Assembly (NCBI RefSeq): GCF_009914755.1
Contig: NC_060932.1
DNA: 64,000 nt
From: the human T2T-CHM13v2.0 reference genome, Homo sapiens
Reading direction: 5' to 3' (one strand)
Part shown: positions 1 through 21,500 of the stretch, one piece after another
Position numbering within the stretch: position 1 is the stretch's first letter
How the letters are laid out: each line of letters begins with the position of its first letter
Translations under genes and position numbers: made by a program
Notes under the pieces: generated by a model
What the model saw: only the letters and a program-made list of their open reading frames with translations
Databases searched by the model: none
Told to the model about the DNA's origin: nothing

Positions 1-62
1 ATAATGAGCTATGATCACATCACTGCACTCCAGTGTAGGTGACAGAGTGAGACTTTGTCTCT
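1..62 (+). mobile_element. Alu 3' end (cut by window edge)
   Basis: gagctatgatcacatcactgcactccag...gacagagtgagac matches the Alu right-arm end. Confidence 0.85.
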
Positions 63-349
63 GAAGTACATGTGTGTGTGTGTATTTTAATTCATTTAAA
101 AACAAGAGTCATTATATGTTAATATAAACATTTTTAAAGAAAAATAGACAGTTAAGAGTTAGCACTTTACATTTTTGCAAAATAATGTATTAATTTGAAC
201 ACTACATCAAGAATATTTGGTAATTTATAAACAAAGTCATGTCAACAATTAGGGAATTCACATGGCTACACTTCTTAATAAGCTAAAGAAAAAACTGAGA
301 ACATGACAGATTCAGAGTGCAGAGATTGATGGTCTTGAAAAGTAATGTG

Positions 350-910
350 AGGTCCAACAATTCCACTCCTGGGTCTATACCCAAAATAACTGAAAGCAGG
401 GTCTTGAAGAGGTACTTGCACACCCATGTTCACAGCAGCATTACTCACAAGAGGAAAAAGGTAGAAGCAACCCAAGTGTCCGTCGGCCGATGAATGGATG
501 GGCAAAATGTGGTTTATCCATACAATGAAGTATTACTCGACCTTAAAAAGGAAGGAAATTCTAACATGTGCTATAACATGGATGAACCTCGAGGACATGC
601 TAAGTGAAATAAGCCAGACACAAAAAATAAATACTGTATGATTCCATTTACATGAGGTCCCTAGAGTAGTCAAAATCATATATACAGTAAAATGGTGGTT
701 GCCCAGGCCTAGGGGTGGGAGGAATGGGGATCTCGTATGTAATGAGCACAGAGTTCCAGTTTTTAAGAAGAGTTCTGAAGATGAATAGTGCTATGGTTAC
801 ACAACATTATGAATGTATTTAACACCACTGAACTGTATACACATAAAAATGGTTAAATGATTAATTTTCTTGTGAGCATTTTACCACCAAAGGAAAAAAA
901 AAAAAAAAAC
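350..910 (+). mobile_element. L1M (L1MB-like) 3' end fragment
   Basis: caattccactcctgggtctatacccaaa...acatggatgaacctcgaggacatgctaagtgaaataagccagacac, followed by an A-tail. Confidence 0.85.
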
Positions 911-3900
911 TAGAGGAAAGAAAAAGTAATGTGAGCTTCAAAACCCAGGGCCAAGGTCAGGAAAGGACATCTTTTGTGACTGAAGCCAGTAAGAATCTAC
1001 ACCAAGGTTGAAAAGGAAAAGGCCTACAGGGGCCTGGCAAATCATAAAAATGACGGAATGGAACAGCTGGGAGCCGGAAGAGGGCAGAAAACCCAGTGTT
1101 GCCAGATTCAGATTATTTAAGAAACACAATGAATCTGAATCTTTATACAAAACCTGATTTTTAAATGTTCCAACTTCAGGCCAAACAAAACATATCTCTG
1201 GGTAAAATATGGACTATGGTGCCTGAGTATGCAATCTCTAATCTACACATTATAAACAGAATTGTTTAATCTTCAGGAAATTCTTCCCAATGGAAATTTA
1301 TTCTACCGTATAATCCTAATATTAGATCACAAAGAAACATCAAACTTAAAATATAACCTAGCTCTATAATGGCTTAAAAAATAAAAATAAAATACAACCA
1401 ATGAAACAGCATTGACACAAAAGATTGTCGTCAAAGTGACAAAAGCAAAACAAAGGCTGTGGTGCTTTGGGAGTCTAGAAAGGTTACAGTAATGCAAATG
1501 TCGTCCATCTGCACCGTCCAAGCAAGATAATCTATCTATCTAGTGGACAAGGACAGCCATTGCTAGAATACTGAACTCCACAGAGTGGGGTGGAAGAAGA
1601 TAGCTCATCAGGTTCTGTTGTCTTGAGAAGTACCCTTCAGAAATTCCAACTCCAGACTTGCAAATCACCCTTCAAACTACTATTTGAGGGTAACATCAGA
1701 GCAGGAGGCCTTTGAGAACGAGCACTAACAGAACCACTGCAATCAATCAAGAGGCATCTAGTGCAGACCACCAAAGACCCAGGAAGAAGCCACAGTGGCC
1801 CCCACTTTCTAGCAGCCACAGCCTGAAGGGAAGGGAGTTTTCAAAATACATAGATAAAAGCAAAGCAGTACAAATATTAGAAAACAATGTGGGATAAACA
1901 TATAAAAGATGCCACCTACGTAGTGGCATTTCTCAATGAGTAGAAATCATAAATGCTCTAGATTTGAAAGAGATTACAGGAAGCAGGAGCAGGCTTGAAG
2001 ATCGGTCTGGTGACGGTGAGTTCCAGAAACTGGTTAGAAAGCTACGTTGTCATCTAAACACAAGGCAATGAGGTCCTTCCCTAGGGTAATGTCAGAAGAA
2101 TGAAAAGGAATGCTAGAATGAAAATATTTACAAGGAAAATAAACAAGGTTTGGTGTTTGACTAAATAAGGATAACCTAGTTCCTGTAATAAATTCACTTA
2201 TTAATTCATCCACAGGACAGAACAAATGATCCGGCTTCTTCAACAACTGAGGAGCCAATAAATTAAAAACCATACCACCCAACCTCAAAGTGCAGACCAC
2301 ATCTCAATCCTATTCAAAACAAACTTCGGGGAAAAAAAGACTTGATGAGATAATTGGGCATTTAAACACTGAAAATTTGATGCCACCACCTCACTATATT
2401 TTTTTCCTCCTCCTCACACCTATTTTAAATTGTTTAGATATGATAAATGGTATTGAGGTTATGTTTACAAATAATAAAAGATACATTAAAACATCTGTGG
2501 GTAAAATCAGATCTCCTTCAAAATAATATGGGGAAGAAGACAGGGATGAAGATGTAGCTAGGACAGTATCAGCCACAAATTAATGGTTTTCAGGGGTGAG
2601 TGACAAGAGCATGGAGGTTCATTATACTATTATACTATTCTGCCTAAATTGGCATATCTTTTAAATTCTCCATAACAAAAGTTTTTAAAAATTAAATTGC
2701 AAATAAAACTTTTACATATTCGATGATCTTTACATAAATTCTATTTCAATTTTCCTAAAAGTGGAACAAAAGGATTACTGACTTGTATATACAGGTCAAA
2801 ACATAAAGATAGTCACTACTCTTAATAATTATGACCCATCCTATATAAGTTTTTACTTAATTAAAAGTATATATAAATTACGTTTGATAGAAGTAAAGCA
2901 AAGGTGAAATTTACCATCTATAAAATACCTGTGCTTTTTAAAAGAACTCTGTGGAAGAAGTTTGAGGACTCCAGAGTTCTAAACGCTTTTCTTTGTAAAA
3001 GAAAACTTTCTCACAAGAAAATGTACAATTCTCAAAATTAAACAATCAAATCATTTCAAATTTGAGTGTGCAAAATCTAACAAGATGCACAACAGAATAA
3101 CTTTTTCTGCTTTCCAGTTTTTTGTTTTGCTTTTTTTTACTAGTATGCTTATAGATACATCATGTAAAAAAATTAATAACACCATAAATTTAATGGAACT
3201 AAGGATTGGTAAAGATTAACCTAACTCTCAGCTTGATACTTGGCACACTGTTGATGTTCGAATATTGAATGCATCAGAAAAAATTATAAACATGTTATGA
3301 TACAACAACTTTTGTGGCTGAATGGGTTTCTCATGTCACATTTCCTCAAGGAATACTGCTCCCTCCATCTTTAAAACAGAAATCTAGATTCTTATACAGC
3401 ATCTGATTTATATTAGTAACAATTTCTATCCTACAGATTGAGACAAAGAGCGCTAAAAAAGTACTGTCAAAAAAACTAAGCAAAATAAGCCAAAAAAAAA
3501 ATGCAATAGTAGGACCTGGTAGTTGCCTAAACTGTGTTCATAATTAGATATTTTATTTAATATATTATATGCAATCTGACCACTTTATGCTGAGTCCAGA
3601 ATTCTAGGGAAATTCAAAACACGTAATTCCTATTATCCATAACTAACTTAATCTAGAGCTGGCAACTAACCATATACACAAACCCTGAGTCCACATATCA
3701 AATGTTAGTATCCAGGTAGTAATTCAAGCACAGAGCTAAAGAAAGACTCTTTTCTTGTATTTTTTAAAAAGTTTATTCCTTCTTATTGCTGCACCAAAAG
3801 TAGTAAAAGCATGAGCAAAATAATATTTATATTCAATGATAATGCTAAAATATCAAATTCTATAGTAGCAGTCTATTGGCTACCAGTTTATTTTGGCAAC

Positions 3901-5091
3901 CAGCTAGACTCTGCTGGTAAAACTTTGCAAAATTTGTATTTGCTGCAATTTGACTACCTGCTTCCATTAATTATGCAATGATATGCATTCAACCACACAT
4001 ATTTTCTTATCTTTTTAGCTTTTAAGAGTCTCCCTGATTCATCTTCACAAGTATATTCAAAAGTAGTAAATGATCACAGTATTCTTTTTAAAGGGAGAGG
4101 CTGAGGAATCATATACAACTTCTGAGTACACAGAACCACGCTCTCCCCACTGTACTCTAATAAAATTAGCAGGACGGGCTCCCTGAGGAAGAGCCCCATT
4201 ATGAAATTAAAACATACCACGTACTGTTCTCCAGAGGAGCAGACTCTATTTGAGGAGAAATATTAGCCCCACTCAAGTCATTTCACAGCAGAGAGAACAA
4301 ACAGGTCTATTGTGGGTACCATAATTACATTTTGCATGACTTCCTTCAATTAAAATCGCTATTTAAATTAGCATCCATATAGCAGTAGAGAAATCTAAAA
4401 AGTCATTATCTAATATGACCTAATGATGCCTTCCACTAACAAGGAATTAGTCTGAAAATGACTTCATGTATGCCATAAGGCCCTCCCCTCAGTAGCATTA
4501 TGCAATATAATTTGCAAGAGAAGTGTATGGACATGGGTCAAACTCACTCAATTCTGCACATACTTTAAGGGCTCCAATCTGTACATCCACCAGGGTCAGA
4601 GTACACTGAAGCTCCAAAGAAGGGTTGGGTGTGTTTTGTTCATATTAGGTACTCATTAATTACCTAATGATACTGACTAAATTGATGTCTAGTAAAACTA
4701 TCAGAAGGAACAAAAAGATTTTTAATGGCCTTACTAAAAAAGATGATGTGATCAACATCTCAGTCTTCCCATTAGACTGGCAGCTGTAACCTTTACGCTG
4801 TCTATTGTTCATTAGGTTAAACATGACACATGGGGGATGGAGAGGGCAGCATCATATTTTACTGTAAAACAAGAACAGTCTCTGCCTATTTGTGCCATCT
4901 GTGGCTACTTTCATCCATGTTAGAGCATCTTCCCCACCTGTTCTAAAGAATAAGTCAACTCACAGAACACCAAAAAAATCAGTGTTCAGGTTAATGAAGA
5001 TCTTGACACCCAAACCTCCAAATGCTTTCAACCTCCAAACGTTCTGGTCTCAAAACCTTACACTTAGGGGTGGAGAGGACAAAAAAAGAAT

Positions 5092-5290
5092 GAAAATTAG
5101 CCAGGCATGGTGGTACATGCCTGTAGTCCCAGCTACTCAGGAGGCTGAGATGGGAGGATCACTTGAGCCTGGGAGGTGGAGGCTGCAGTGAGCAGTGATC
5201 ACACCACTATACGCCAGCCTGGGCAACAGAATGAGACCCTGTCTCAAAACAAACAAACATACAAAACAAAACAGAAAAGAAAGAAAGACA
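5092..5290 (+). mobile_element. Alu right arm (AluJ-like/FRAM)
   Basis: aaaattagccaggcatggtgg...cagcctgggcaacaga plus A-rich tail. Confidence 0.85.
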
Positions 5291-5639
5291 GGATAAACTC
5301 TAGGCTGATGTCTTTAGCACTGTGTTAATGTGCATACCCGCCCAGCCCCCCAAACCATACACACGTAATAGAAGACAGAGGGCTAAGGAAGAAAATGGAC
5401 TCACACTTGACCAAGGAACTGAAAAGTGCAACTTACACGGAGGTGTTCTTTCCTGTCAGGTTTTGGTTCTGATGTTTAAAGCAGCACCTCTGAGGAGGTA
5501 TAGCTCCCTGTTTCCGTCTCTAAAAGAGCTGGAAGTATACTACGACAATTTTCACTGCACACTTCCTTGAAATTCATTGCAAATAAGACAAGAGGGGAAA
5601 GCCTATGTTCTGATTTTGTTTAAAAGGACAAAAGAGAAA

Positions 5640-6262
5640 CAGAAAACCTAACATTGTATGTTCTCACTTGTAAGTGGGAGTTAAACATTGGGTACACATG
5701 GACACAAAGATGGGAACAAGAGACACTGGGGACTCCAAAAGGGGGAACGGAAGGAGGAGGAGGCAAGAGCTGAAGAACTCCCAGTGGGTACTATGTTCAC
5801 TGTCTGGATGGCAGGATCAACAAAAGCCCAAACCTCAACATTACACAATATACCCTTGTTTTTTTTGTTTGTTTGCTTGTTTTGTTTTGAGACTAAGTCT
5901 TACTCTATCGCCCAAGTTGGAGTGCGGTGGCACGATCTTGGCTAACTGCAACCTCCGCCTTCCAGGTTCAAGCAATTCTCGTGCCTCAGCCTCTTGAGTA
6001 GCTGGCATTACAGGTGCCCGCCACCATGCCTGGCTAATTTTTGTATTTTTAGTAGAGACGGGGTTTCACCATGTGGGCCAGGCTGGTTTCGAACTCCTGA
6101 CCTCAAGTGATCTGCGTGCCTTGGCCTCTCAAACTGCTGGGATTACAGGCATGAGCCACTGCGCCTGGCCGCAATACACCCTTGTAACAAACCTGTATGT
6201 GTACCCCTGGAATCTAAAAGAAAAAAAAAAGAAACACAAAAGAGGAAAAAAAAAAAAAGAAA
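5640..6262 (+). mobile_element. L1P (late L1PA/L1PB-like) 3' end interrupted by an Alu
   Basis: atgttctcacttgtaagtgggag...aacaaacctgtatgtgtacccctggaatctaaaa plus poly(A), split at about 5860-6170. Confidence 0.82.
5860..6170 (-). mobile_element. AluS
   Basis: Full dimer in reverse orientation, with target-site duplication (TSD) caata(t/c)acccttgt on both sides. Confidence 0.92.
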
Positions 6263-7034
6263 GAACAGGAAATTTGATAAAATACCAAGTTTGAGCTTTC
6301 TCCCCCAAGCTAAGTGGGTGATATTATTTTCAGCTCCTTTTAACATTTTTTTTTTGGTCTTTAAAAATCATGCATTATATTTTATAAGAATAGTGAAACT
6401 TTTTCGAGTCACCCTTCTGGCCTTTCACTAGAAAAAGGCATTCATGTACACATAATACTGGGCAAACAACTTACAGATATGCTTAAAAAAAGCAGCAGTC
6501 ATTGTACGCTTCATCACCATGCACCCGCAGCAGGGAAAAAAAAAAAAAGCCGCTTTCACGTAAGAATGTCCTCCATAAAGTGAAAATGTGAAGAAATACA
6601 AGGGAAAGAAGAAGATCAAATTCAAGAAAGTGGTTAACTGTGGTGGAGAGAGAAAGGGTTCCTATGTGAACAGAAGGCAGTTCACATAGGTTTAAACTGC
6701 ATTGGAAAGGATTTGTTAAACTGATAGGTACATAAAAGTGTTTCATTCTTTAGAACTTTTTGTATATTATGTTTTTTAATTTTGCTCAAATTTTTCAAAA
6801 CCTTGTTTTAAAATAAGTAAGTACTGCTCAATAGAGAAGTATACCAGAATCTAGTTTACCAGAACGCGGGGTTCTAAATCAGTAGCCAAGGGCTGAATCT
6901 GGCCAGGAGTGTTTGGCTTGGACAGCACTATGTTTGGTTTTGCTTTTTCATTGTAATCTGAATGCCTTGAGGCAGGATATGCACTCTTTAATTAGCCAGA
7001 GTTACCTCCATTTTCTTTACAGTAGATGAGAGTT

Positions 7035-7625
7035 TTTAAAAACTGGAACTCTCACGCATTGCTGGTGGGAATGTAAAACGGTGCGGCAGCTTTGGAAACC
7101 AGTTTGGCAATTCCTCAAAATGTTCAGAATACAGTTATCATATGACCCAGAAGCGTTCCATAACTAGAAATGAATCTAAGAGAAATGAAAACGGACGTCC
7201 ACACAAAGACTTGTACACAAACTGCATTATCCATGAAGCCAAAAGAGTAGAAACAATCCAAATGCCCATCAACTGATGAATGGATAAACAAAATGTGATA
7301 CAACAGACTATTATTTCATCATAAAAAGGAATGAAGTATTGATAAATGCTACGAAGTGGATAAACCTCAAGAACCTGATGCTAAGAAGCCAATCACAGAA
7401 GACCACATCATGTATGATTTCATTTATAGGAAATGTCCAGAACAGGCAAATCTCACATCTACAGAGACAGAAAGTGGATTAATTAACATGGTGATAAAAA
7501 TGATGTACAAGCAGATAGTGGTGCAGGTTGCACAATTCAGTAAGTGTAATAAAAACCACTGAATGGTTCACTTTAAAGGGGTGGATTGTATTGTCTTACT
7601 ATTATATCTCAATAAATCTTTTAAA
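7035..7625 (+). mobile_element. old L1M 3' end fragment
   Basis: gctggtgggaatgtaaaacggtgc...caactgatgaatggataaacaaaatgtg...tctcaataaa. Confidence 0.8.
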
Positions 7626-7674
7626 AAATAAACCAGGGACATCTATTTGGTTCTTAGAAGCTTATAAACTGGAT

Positions 7675-8050
7675 TAAACCCCTCAAATTGGGGTCTGAGG
7701 ACTCTTGGGGGATTCCCCAGAGCTTTTCAGAGAGTCTGGAGGTTGGGATTATTTTCATAACAATACTAAGGCATCTGCCTTTCTCACTGTGTTGACATTT
7801 GTGCTGGTGGCACGAACATGATGGAGGGGAAACTGCTGGTGCCCTGGGCACAAAGACATCACAGCGAAGCAGTCTCTGTGCTTTTCATCACCACGCACCC
7901 GCAGCAAGGGAGGGAAAAAAAAAAAAAAAAAAAAGCCTTTTCCACATAAGAATGTCCTCCATAAAGCAGAAAGAATGATTATTCATTTTATTCAGTCTCG
8001 GCCCTTGAGTACACAGCTATTTAATATTATTGCAGTGAAATGCGAAGATT
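7675..8050 (+). mobile_element. Charlie1-type hAT DNA transposon fragment
   Basis: attttcataacaatactaag...gttgacatttg...aaactgctggtgcc...aagaatgtcct...cccttgagtacac resembles the Charlie1 left end as I recall it. Confidence 0.7.
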
Positions 8051-8406
8051 GAGACAAAATATTTTTTTTAAAAAAGATATGAGGCAAAAAAGAAAAAAAG
8101 TATGTTCGAGTTGTGGATTAAACTAGTCACTAGCTTAAACTTTCCACTTGAAACTGACAGTTCCTATGGGAAAATGCACTCCATTTTCCAAACTCACCTA
8201 TGCCTCAACTTTTATAACACAAATGATTCATACAGTGGAGGCTCCCACTCTCCATGGGAAAATGCACCTTAATCCCTTTTAAGGCAATGTTTTAAGTATA
8301 CCAATTAACTTTTTAGCCAGAGTTAGCAAGAAAGGCCTGTTTGGTGGGTAGAGGAGAGAAAGAAGCAAAAATAGAAGATAAAACTTAGCTTAAGAAACTA
8401 TTTGTA

Positions 8407-8500
8407 TCGTGCCACCACACTCCAGCCTGGGCAACAGAGGGAGACCCTATCTCAAAAACAAACAACAACAACAACAAAAAACCCCAAACAAACAAAAAAG
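8407..8500 (+). mobile_element. 5'-truncated Alu
   Basis: Only the last ~50 nt plus tail remain, flanked by aagaaacta(t/c)tt direct repeats. Confidence 0.8.
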
Positions 8501-9272
8501 AAACTACTTTGCCTACCATGGTGACAGGCATTAATGTTTTATTACAATCTCACCATGGCTTCCAAACAACAACAACGAAAATTTACTACAGGATAAAAGT
8601 TTAATAAGTTTTAAGATATAATTCAAATAAAATAAGGCCTAAAGATTTAGTCATTTAAAGGGAAGCAATTTAGAAATATACTGCTGACAAAGATTTGGAA
8701 AATCCCAAGAACCGATCTAGAAAACTAATTGAGGGGAAGAAGATAATTCCAAAAAGATATTAATTGTTCTAGTAGTATAAGAAGTGCAGCTCTGCATGAG
8801 CAAATAAGTGATAAAATGTATCCATGTGTATCCAGGATAATACACAGAAGAACTAGACTGATCTGGTGGATTCAAGTATTTCAGTCAGGAGAGTGCTCCG
8901 AGCAGTGGTGTGGAATAGGAAGAGTTCGTCATTTATCTTTTCCATATTTGCCAAAAACGTCCTTTCGTTCTTATCCTATGTTCACAGCAATGTTTTGACC
9001 TGGTTTTCCAATTAGTTGATACCAAGAAGGAGAAGAATGGATTGCTGAGATTAATATTTTATTCACTGTAAACATAAAATCAGAGGTCCTGCCTGTCTCC
9101 TTAAGAGATGGCATGTTAGTCCCCAAGACTCCACTCAACATTAAGCAAACTGAGTAAAATAAAGTTTATGACCTTGCAAAGCTGAAATTTCTCTAGAACT
9201 AGGTGATTTCTTGGTAGACATCTATACTCAAGCATTGAATTGAATACATTTTGGCTTAAAAATGTAGTAACC

Positions 9273-9899
<627 letters not shown>

Positions 9900-10083
9900 C
9901 TACTTCTCCTGATGTAGTCTCTTGCCATGCTAGCAACGTTCTGTTTCTTATCTGGGTGCCACTTATATTATAAGGAATGTATTCACTATGAAAATTCATC
10001 AAGCTATACATTTTGCTGTATGTGTCTCTATGTTAATAACAATAAACCTGCCCATGTACAGAACACTTTGCAAGATCTTTTAA

Positions 10084-10520
<437 letters not shown>

Positions 10521-11553
10521 CAGTGCTCTTTTCAACTCAATTAAACTCAACTCAAAAGAATATCTGCAGAGTGCCAAATACAGCGCTGGTTCTAGAAGGA
10601 TTTATGAATCCTACTTTGCACAAAGCCTCATGCCAAATGTCTTTCACCTCTCCACTTTCAGGGCCAATACAAAAACATCTCTGATACAGCTGATCTCCAG
10701 AAAAGGTCAGCCTATCCCCACTCTGACCCATTCTCTACATTGCCAATCAACAACTTTTCCTAATCCACCTTGATCCTCAATCATAATACTCAAAAACTGC
10801 CAAAAACAAAATCTTCCTGACAAAAATACAGGCCAAACTTCCTCATCTGCTTTCCAGGTCTTCTGTAATCTTATCCCAGCTTATTTACAGTCCTCCATTT
10901 ACTAAGAAAACCCAAAATAATCTTTTCCTGCCCCAAATTCATGTTCTTCCCTTTCCTTTTGTTCATACTACCATACATATCTAGAAATGATACTCAAATA
11001 TTCATCCTCAGCCCTCGAGTCTCTTTCCCCCAAAGACATTAAAATCCACTGTACAGCTGGAAGTTACAATCCAAAACAATCTATAATCATTAAATTAGGT
11101 AGGACAGATTATAACTGACAGGTATTTAGAGGAAAGACATCACTGCGGGCTGCAGGCATACCTTCATGAAGATAGCACTTGAAATGGGCTCTGACAGCAT
11201 TTGAACTGGCAGAAGTAAAAGCCACTCATGCTAAGGAACCGACTTACATCCTAGCTAATCCTCCAGCCAGCTGCACCTCCTTCAAGAAGCCTTCTTCAAT
11301 TGCTTCTCAACATAACACTCAGTCTCTTCTGTGTGCTTCTAATACAATTACTACCTCTAATACTCATTCAGGCACACTGTCATCCCATATTATAGACTTC
11401 ATCTCTTCAACTTGAGTACAGGCTCACAGAAGACAGCAATATGTCTCTACAGGGTAGGCATTCGATATCTATTCAATGCAACTTAATTCAGCAGCCACAG
11501 TTGCTTCCAGTTACTTAAACATCCATTGAGCACAGCACTGTTTCTTAACTCAC

Positions 11554-11647
11554 CGGGCATCTCCTTTGGAAAGATTCGTATTTACAGGATTAAGAATAAC
11601 CTTGTTTGCATCCACATCCACCACACATTTGGTATGCAAGTCAGTCT
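11554..11647 (-). CDS. KIF13B: KIF13B coding exon 2 (94 nt, phase 1 to phase 2)
   Basis: Acceptor ttttcttgtttttttatccacAG and donor CG|GTGAGT. Joined to exon 1 it reads in frame (E)TDLHTKCVVDVDANKVILNPVNTNLSKGDA(R), the KIF13B continuation I recognise. Confidence 0.96.
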
Positions 11648-11719
11648 CTGTGGATAAAAAAACAAGAAAAACAGTCATTTTAAAAAGTAATTTATTTCAG
11701 AAAAGGCAAAATTCAGAAA

Positions 11720-15240
<3,521 letters not shown>

Positions 15241-15279
15241 AAGTAAAGACCATGGCTTGTTTATCCTCTCATATTCTTA

Positions 15280-15660
<381 letters not shown>

Positions 15661-17089
15661 GATAAGCTCTAAGGAAAGGAACAATACCATGTCAGAGTTA
15701 TGCTGTACTTCCTAAAGAACCTTGGCCAAATGTCAATGTCATATTCATTATAACTTAAGAGTGTGTCCACTCTCAAGAAAGGTAATTGTTTTTTTCACTT
15801 TAACTCACATAATTAAGCCAAATGCAAAAAAGCAAAACAAAACAAAAACTTCCTTCCCTGTGCTGGCCAAAACTTAACTTTTCTCACATCAGTTATTTTA
15901 CATTTATTCTCAAATACGTATTCAAAAAGTACTAAGTAGTTAGTGGTCTCTCCTTTAGCCAACACATTTTTCAAGCAAAGAGCAAAGAGAATCAAAAGGA
16001 AAACTTTAGAGCTATGTTTTACCTAAATGTGGAAACACAAACCCAAAAAAGGCAAATCTGTTCTACCATGGTCAACTAGCATTAAAGTCTATTTCTGATG
16101 TTTTGTCTTTAAATCTGCTCTAGACTATCACAGAAATGCTGCAAGAAAGTCTCAGCCACACTGCAACAAGTTTTCAAACATGCAATTTTACCTCTTCACT
16201 TCCTCAGGCCCAGAGGTCCATGAGAGTTTCTTAAAACCACTGCTTAATGGAATCTGACCATATTGTATCAGCTGGCTCCTTACAGTCAAATCTGTATCAT
16301 ACACAAGCACATTATCAACTCTCCGGAAATCTACTGTGACTCACCACCCACCACAAAGTTGGTCATTAGTTTCTTGCAAGAACATTTCGTCTGCACAGAA
16401 GAACTCTAAGTGCCGTTCTCATACAGAATACATCTAGAACGCAGGCCTGAAAAAAATGGGTGGTTCATCAAACATTTCCCCCACAATAGTGCAGTTCCTT
16501 CATTTCAAATTATCTTCAATTAAGAAGGCAGCCAAATACTGTCCTTCAGTATTCACGTTTCTCTCATATGCTCTTAACAGCTTCTCCCTCTGCCACCCCC
16601 TACACCATGCATATCATCAGATAAAACCAATAACTTGGAAGAATTAAATGGTATGATTAAGGGACCAATCCCTAGAAAATCCAAAATAATACAAAAAAAT
16701 CACCTAATAACTAATACACCTAACCTAAACTCATTTTGTCCTAGAGACGGCAACTTAAAAATGTCCCTTACATCTAACACCCATCAAAGATGGCCTTTAA
16801 TATGTAAACAACCATCTTCACTATTTCAATCTTTTTTGTCAAATAAAATTCCCACCCCAACCCTGTCGATTGAAGGATAGTAAGAGAAGGCTTTTCAAAG
16901 GACTGTTGAGAATATGTATACGGGCAGAACATCTAGGACACATGCCCAATCAAATAAAGGCAGTGAGATCTGAAGCAAGCTTAAGGGTCAGATATATGAA
17001 AAGCATTTTAAAATGAAACACATTTCGATATAAAATGCTATAGCTAGTGTACCATCAAATGTTACTAGTTGAATTAAATTGTGTTGCTA

Positions 17090-17383
<294 letters not shown>

Positions 17384-17544
17384 TTAAATAGCAGTTACAA
17401 ATTTAAGCCTTAAATTTAGCCTGGAAAAACAAACAAAAAACACCTATCAAAAATCCAAAAGATCAACACCTTTCTCTTGGCTTAAAATACTAAATTAAAA
17501 AAAGCCTAGCTGCTATGCACTGCCTTTGTAAAAACAGCACTAAA

Positions 17545-17995
17545 GTGTACCCGTGTTCACAGCAGCAGCTAAAATGCAGAGGCAACCCAAGCACCCACTG
17601 ACGAATGGAGAAACAAAACGTATATACATACACTGGAAAAGTATTCAGCCTTAAAAAGGAAGGAAATTCTGACGCATCATATCATGAACCTTGAAGATAT
17701 CATGCTAAGTGAAATAAGCAAGTCACAAAAGGTCTATGATTCCATTTATATGAGGTACCTAGGGTAGTCAAATTCATAGAGACACAATGTAGAATGGGGG
17801 TTATGAGGGGTTGGGGGAAAATGAGAAAGAGGAGTTGTTATTTAATGGAGATGGAGTTTCAGTTTTGCAAGATGAAAAACATTCTGCGAATAGATGGTGG
17901 TGATGGTGATACAACAATGTGAAATGTACTCAATGCTACTGAACTGTGCACTTCAAAGGCTAAAATGGTAAATATATTGTATTTCACAATTTAAA
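17545..17995 (+). mobile_element. L1MB-like 3' UTR fragment
   Basis: ccttaaaaaggaaggaaattctgac...gctaagtgaaataagcaagtcac...gtcaaattcatagagac. Confidence 0.82.
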
Positions 17996-18204
17996 ATATA
18001 GCACTCAATACTATTATAAGTAACACATGGACAACAGTTTATTCATAGTGAAGCCTAAAATAACAAGATAATTTAATTAGTACTATGTATAAGAAGCAAT
18101 TAAAAACCAGAGTGATCTTAAAGTAGTACTGTAAGTTTATTTCATGAGTAATCAAGCTTTACAGTACTCAGAACCACAAATGCTTTGACATACCCATGAG
18201 CCAG

Positions 18205-18304
18205 GAAAGGAAAGAAAGGAAAAAAAAGGAAAAAGGAAAAAGGGAAGGGGGATGGGAGAAGGGGGAAGCGGGAAGGAAGGGGAGGAAGGAAAAAAAGGAA
18301 GAAA
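18205..18304 (+). repeat. GA-rich low-complexity tract
   Basis: About 100 nt of almost pure purine. Confidence 0.85.
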
Positions 18305-19292
18305 TTAATTTATTCCACCAACATTAAAGATTCCGTATTATTTCCCAAACAAGATTCCTTTCCAGGGCAAATTCCCCACAATGAATATTAAAATATCAAC
18401 AGCTGACAACTCAGTTTATTCAGCCAGCATATTAGTCACCTTGTAAAAGTGAACAATAATTTAAAACAAGTCTTTCTTCGCTGTACACATCAGCTATGGC
18501 TAGCACCCAGTGACATCATAGTAAAACACGGGCAGGGCCTGGGAGACTCCCTTTACATAACTCATGTTCCATCTGGGGAAATGCATCATTCTCAGTTTGA
18601 ACAAAATAATCTGCTTTTCTAATTCTCATTTTCTAATTCTCCAGAAAATTAATAATAATTTCCAAACCAAATCTATTATGCAGAAACATAGGTGTACCTC
18701 CCTTTATCTACCAGTCATGTTCCTAAATATCTAACTATAATTTACTCTTAAATTCATTTGGGTTCATTTTTTAAAGATAGATAATAAGCTATTTGTAAGA
18801 TTTACTTATTCAACCGCAAACTTTGCATGCCACATGTGATCCTATTTTCAACCAATTAGTGTCACATACCCAATACTTTTCCATGTCTACACATGTTCAT
18901 ACATAAAATATTCATCAATGATATTTATGTAGGAAGGACTTGTTTTCCCAATTGGAATATAATATTTAATGGCATAGCAGGAAACACTACCTATACTACT
19001 TTGTTCTATTTATAAGTTACTTGGGACCCCCTTTTTTATTGAGATCTGCTGACCCTGGGAGAAAAAAAATTATGTGATACCATATAAGTAAAAAGCAAAT
19101 TGGTCTTTATTTTCTAAAAAGAGATATATAAAATAACCTAATCACTACTTTTATATTGTTACTAGTAAACATGAAAATGTATTAAATAAATAAAAGATTA
19201 AAATACAACTGAGCTCTAACATGGCTAACACAAGAATGAGATGCCAGGTTAGGAGAGGAGATGTGATAGTGTGAAAATAATTAAAATAATCC

Positions 19293-21500
<2,208 letters not shown>

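Noticed and set aside
11644-11650. Tandem acceptor CAG/AG at exon 2
   Set aside because: The second AG is only 2 nt downstream, lacks a preceding pyrimidine and would frameshift. Only the first AG gives the kinesin frame.
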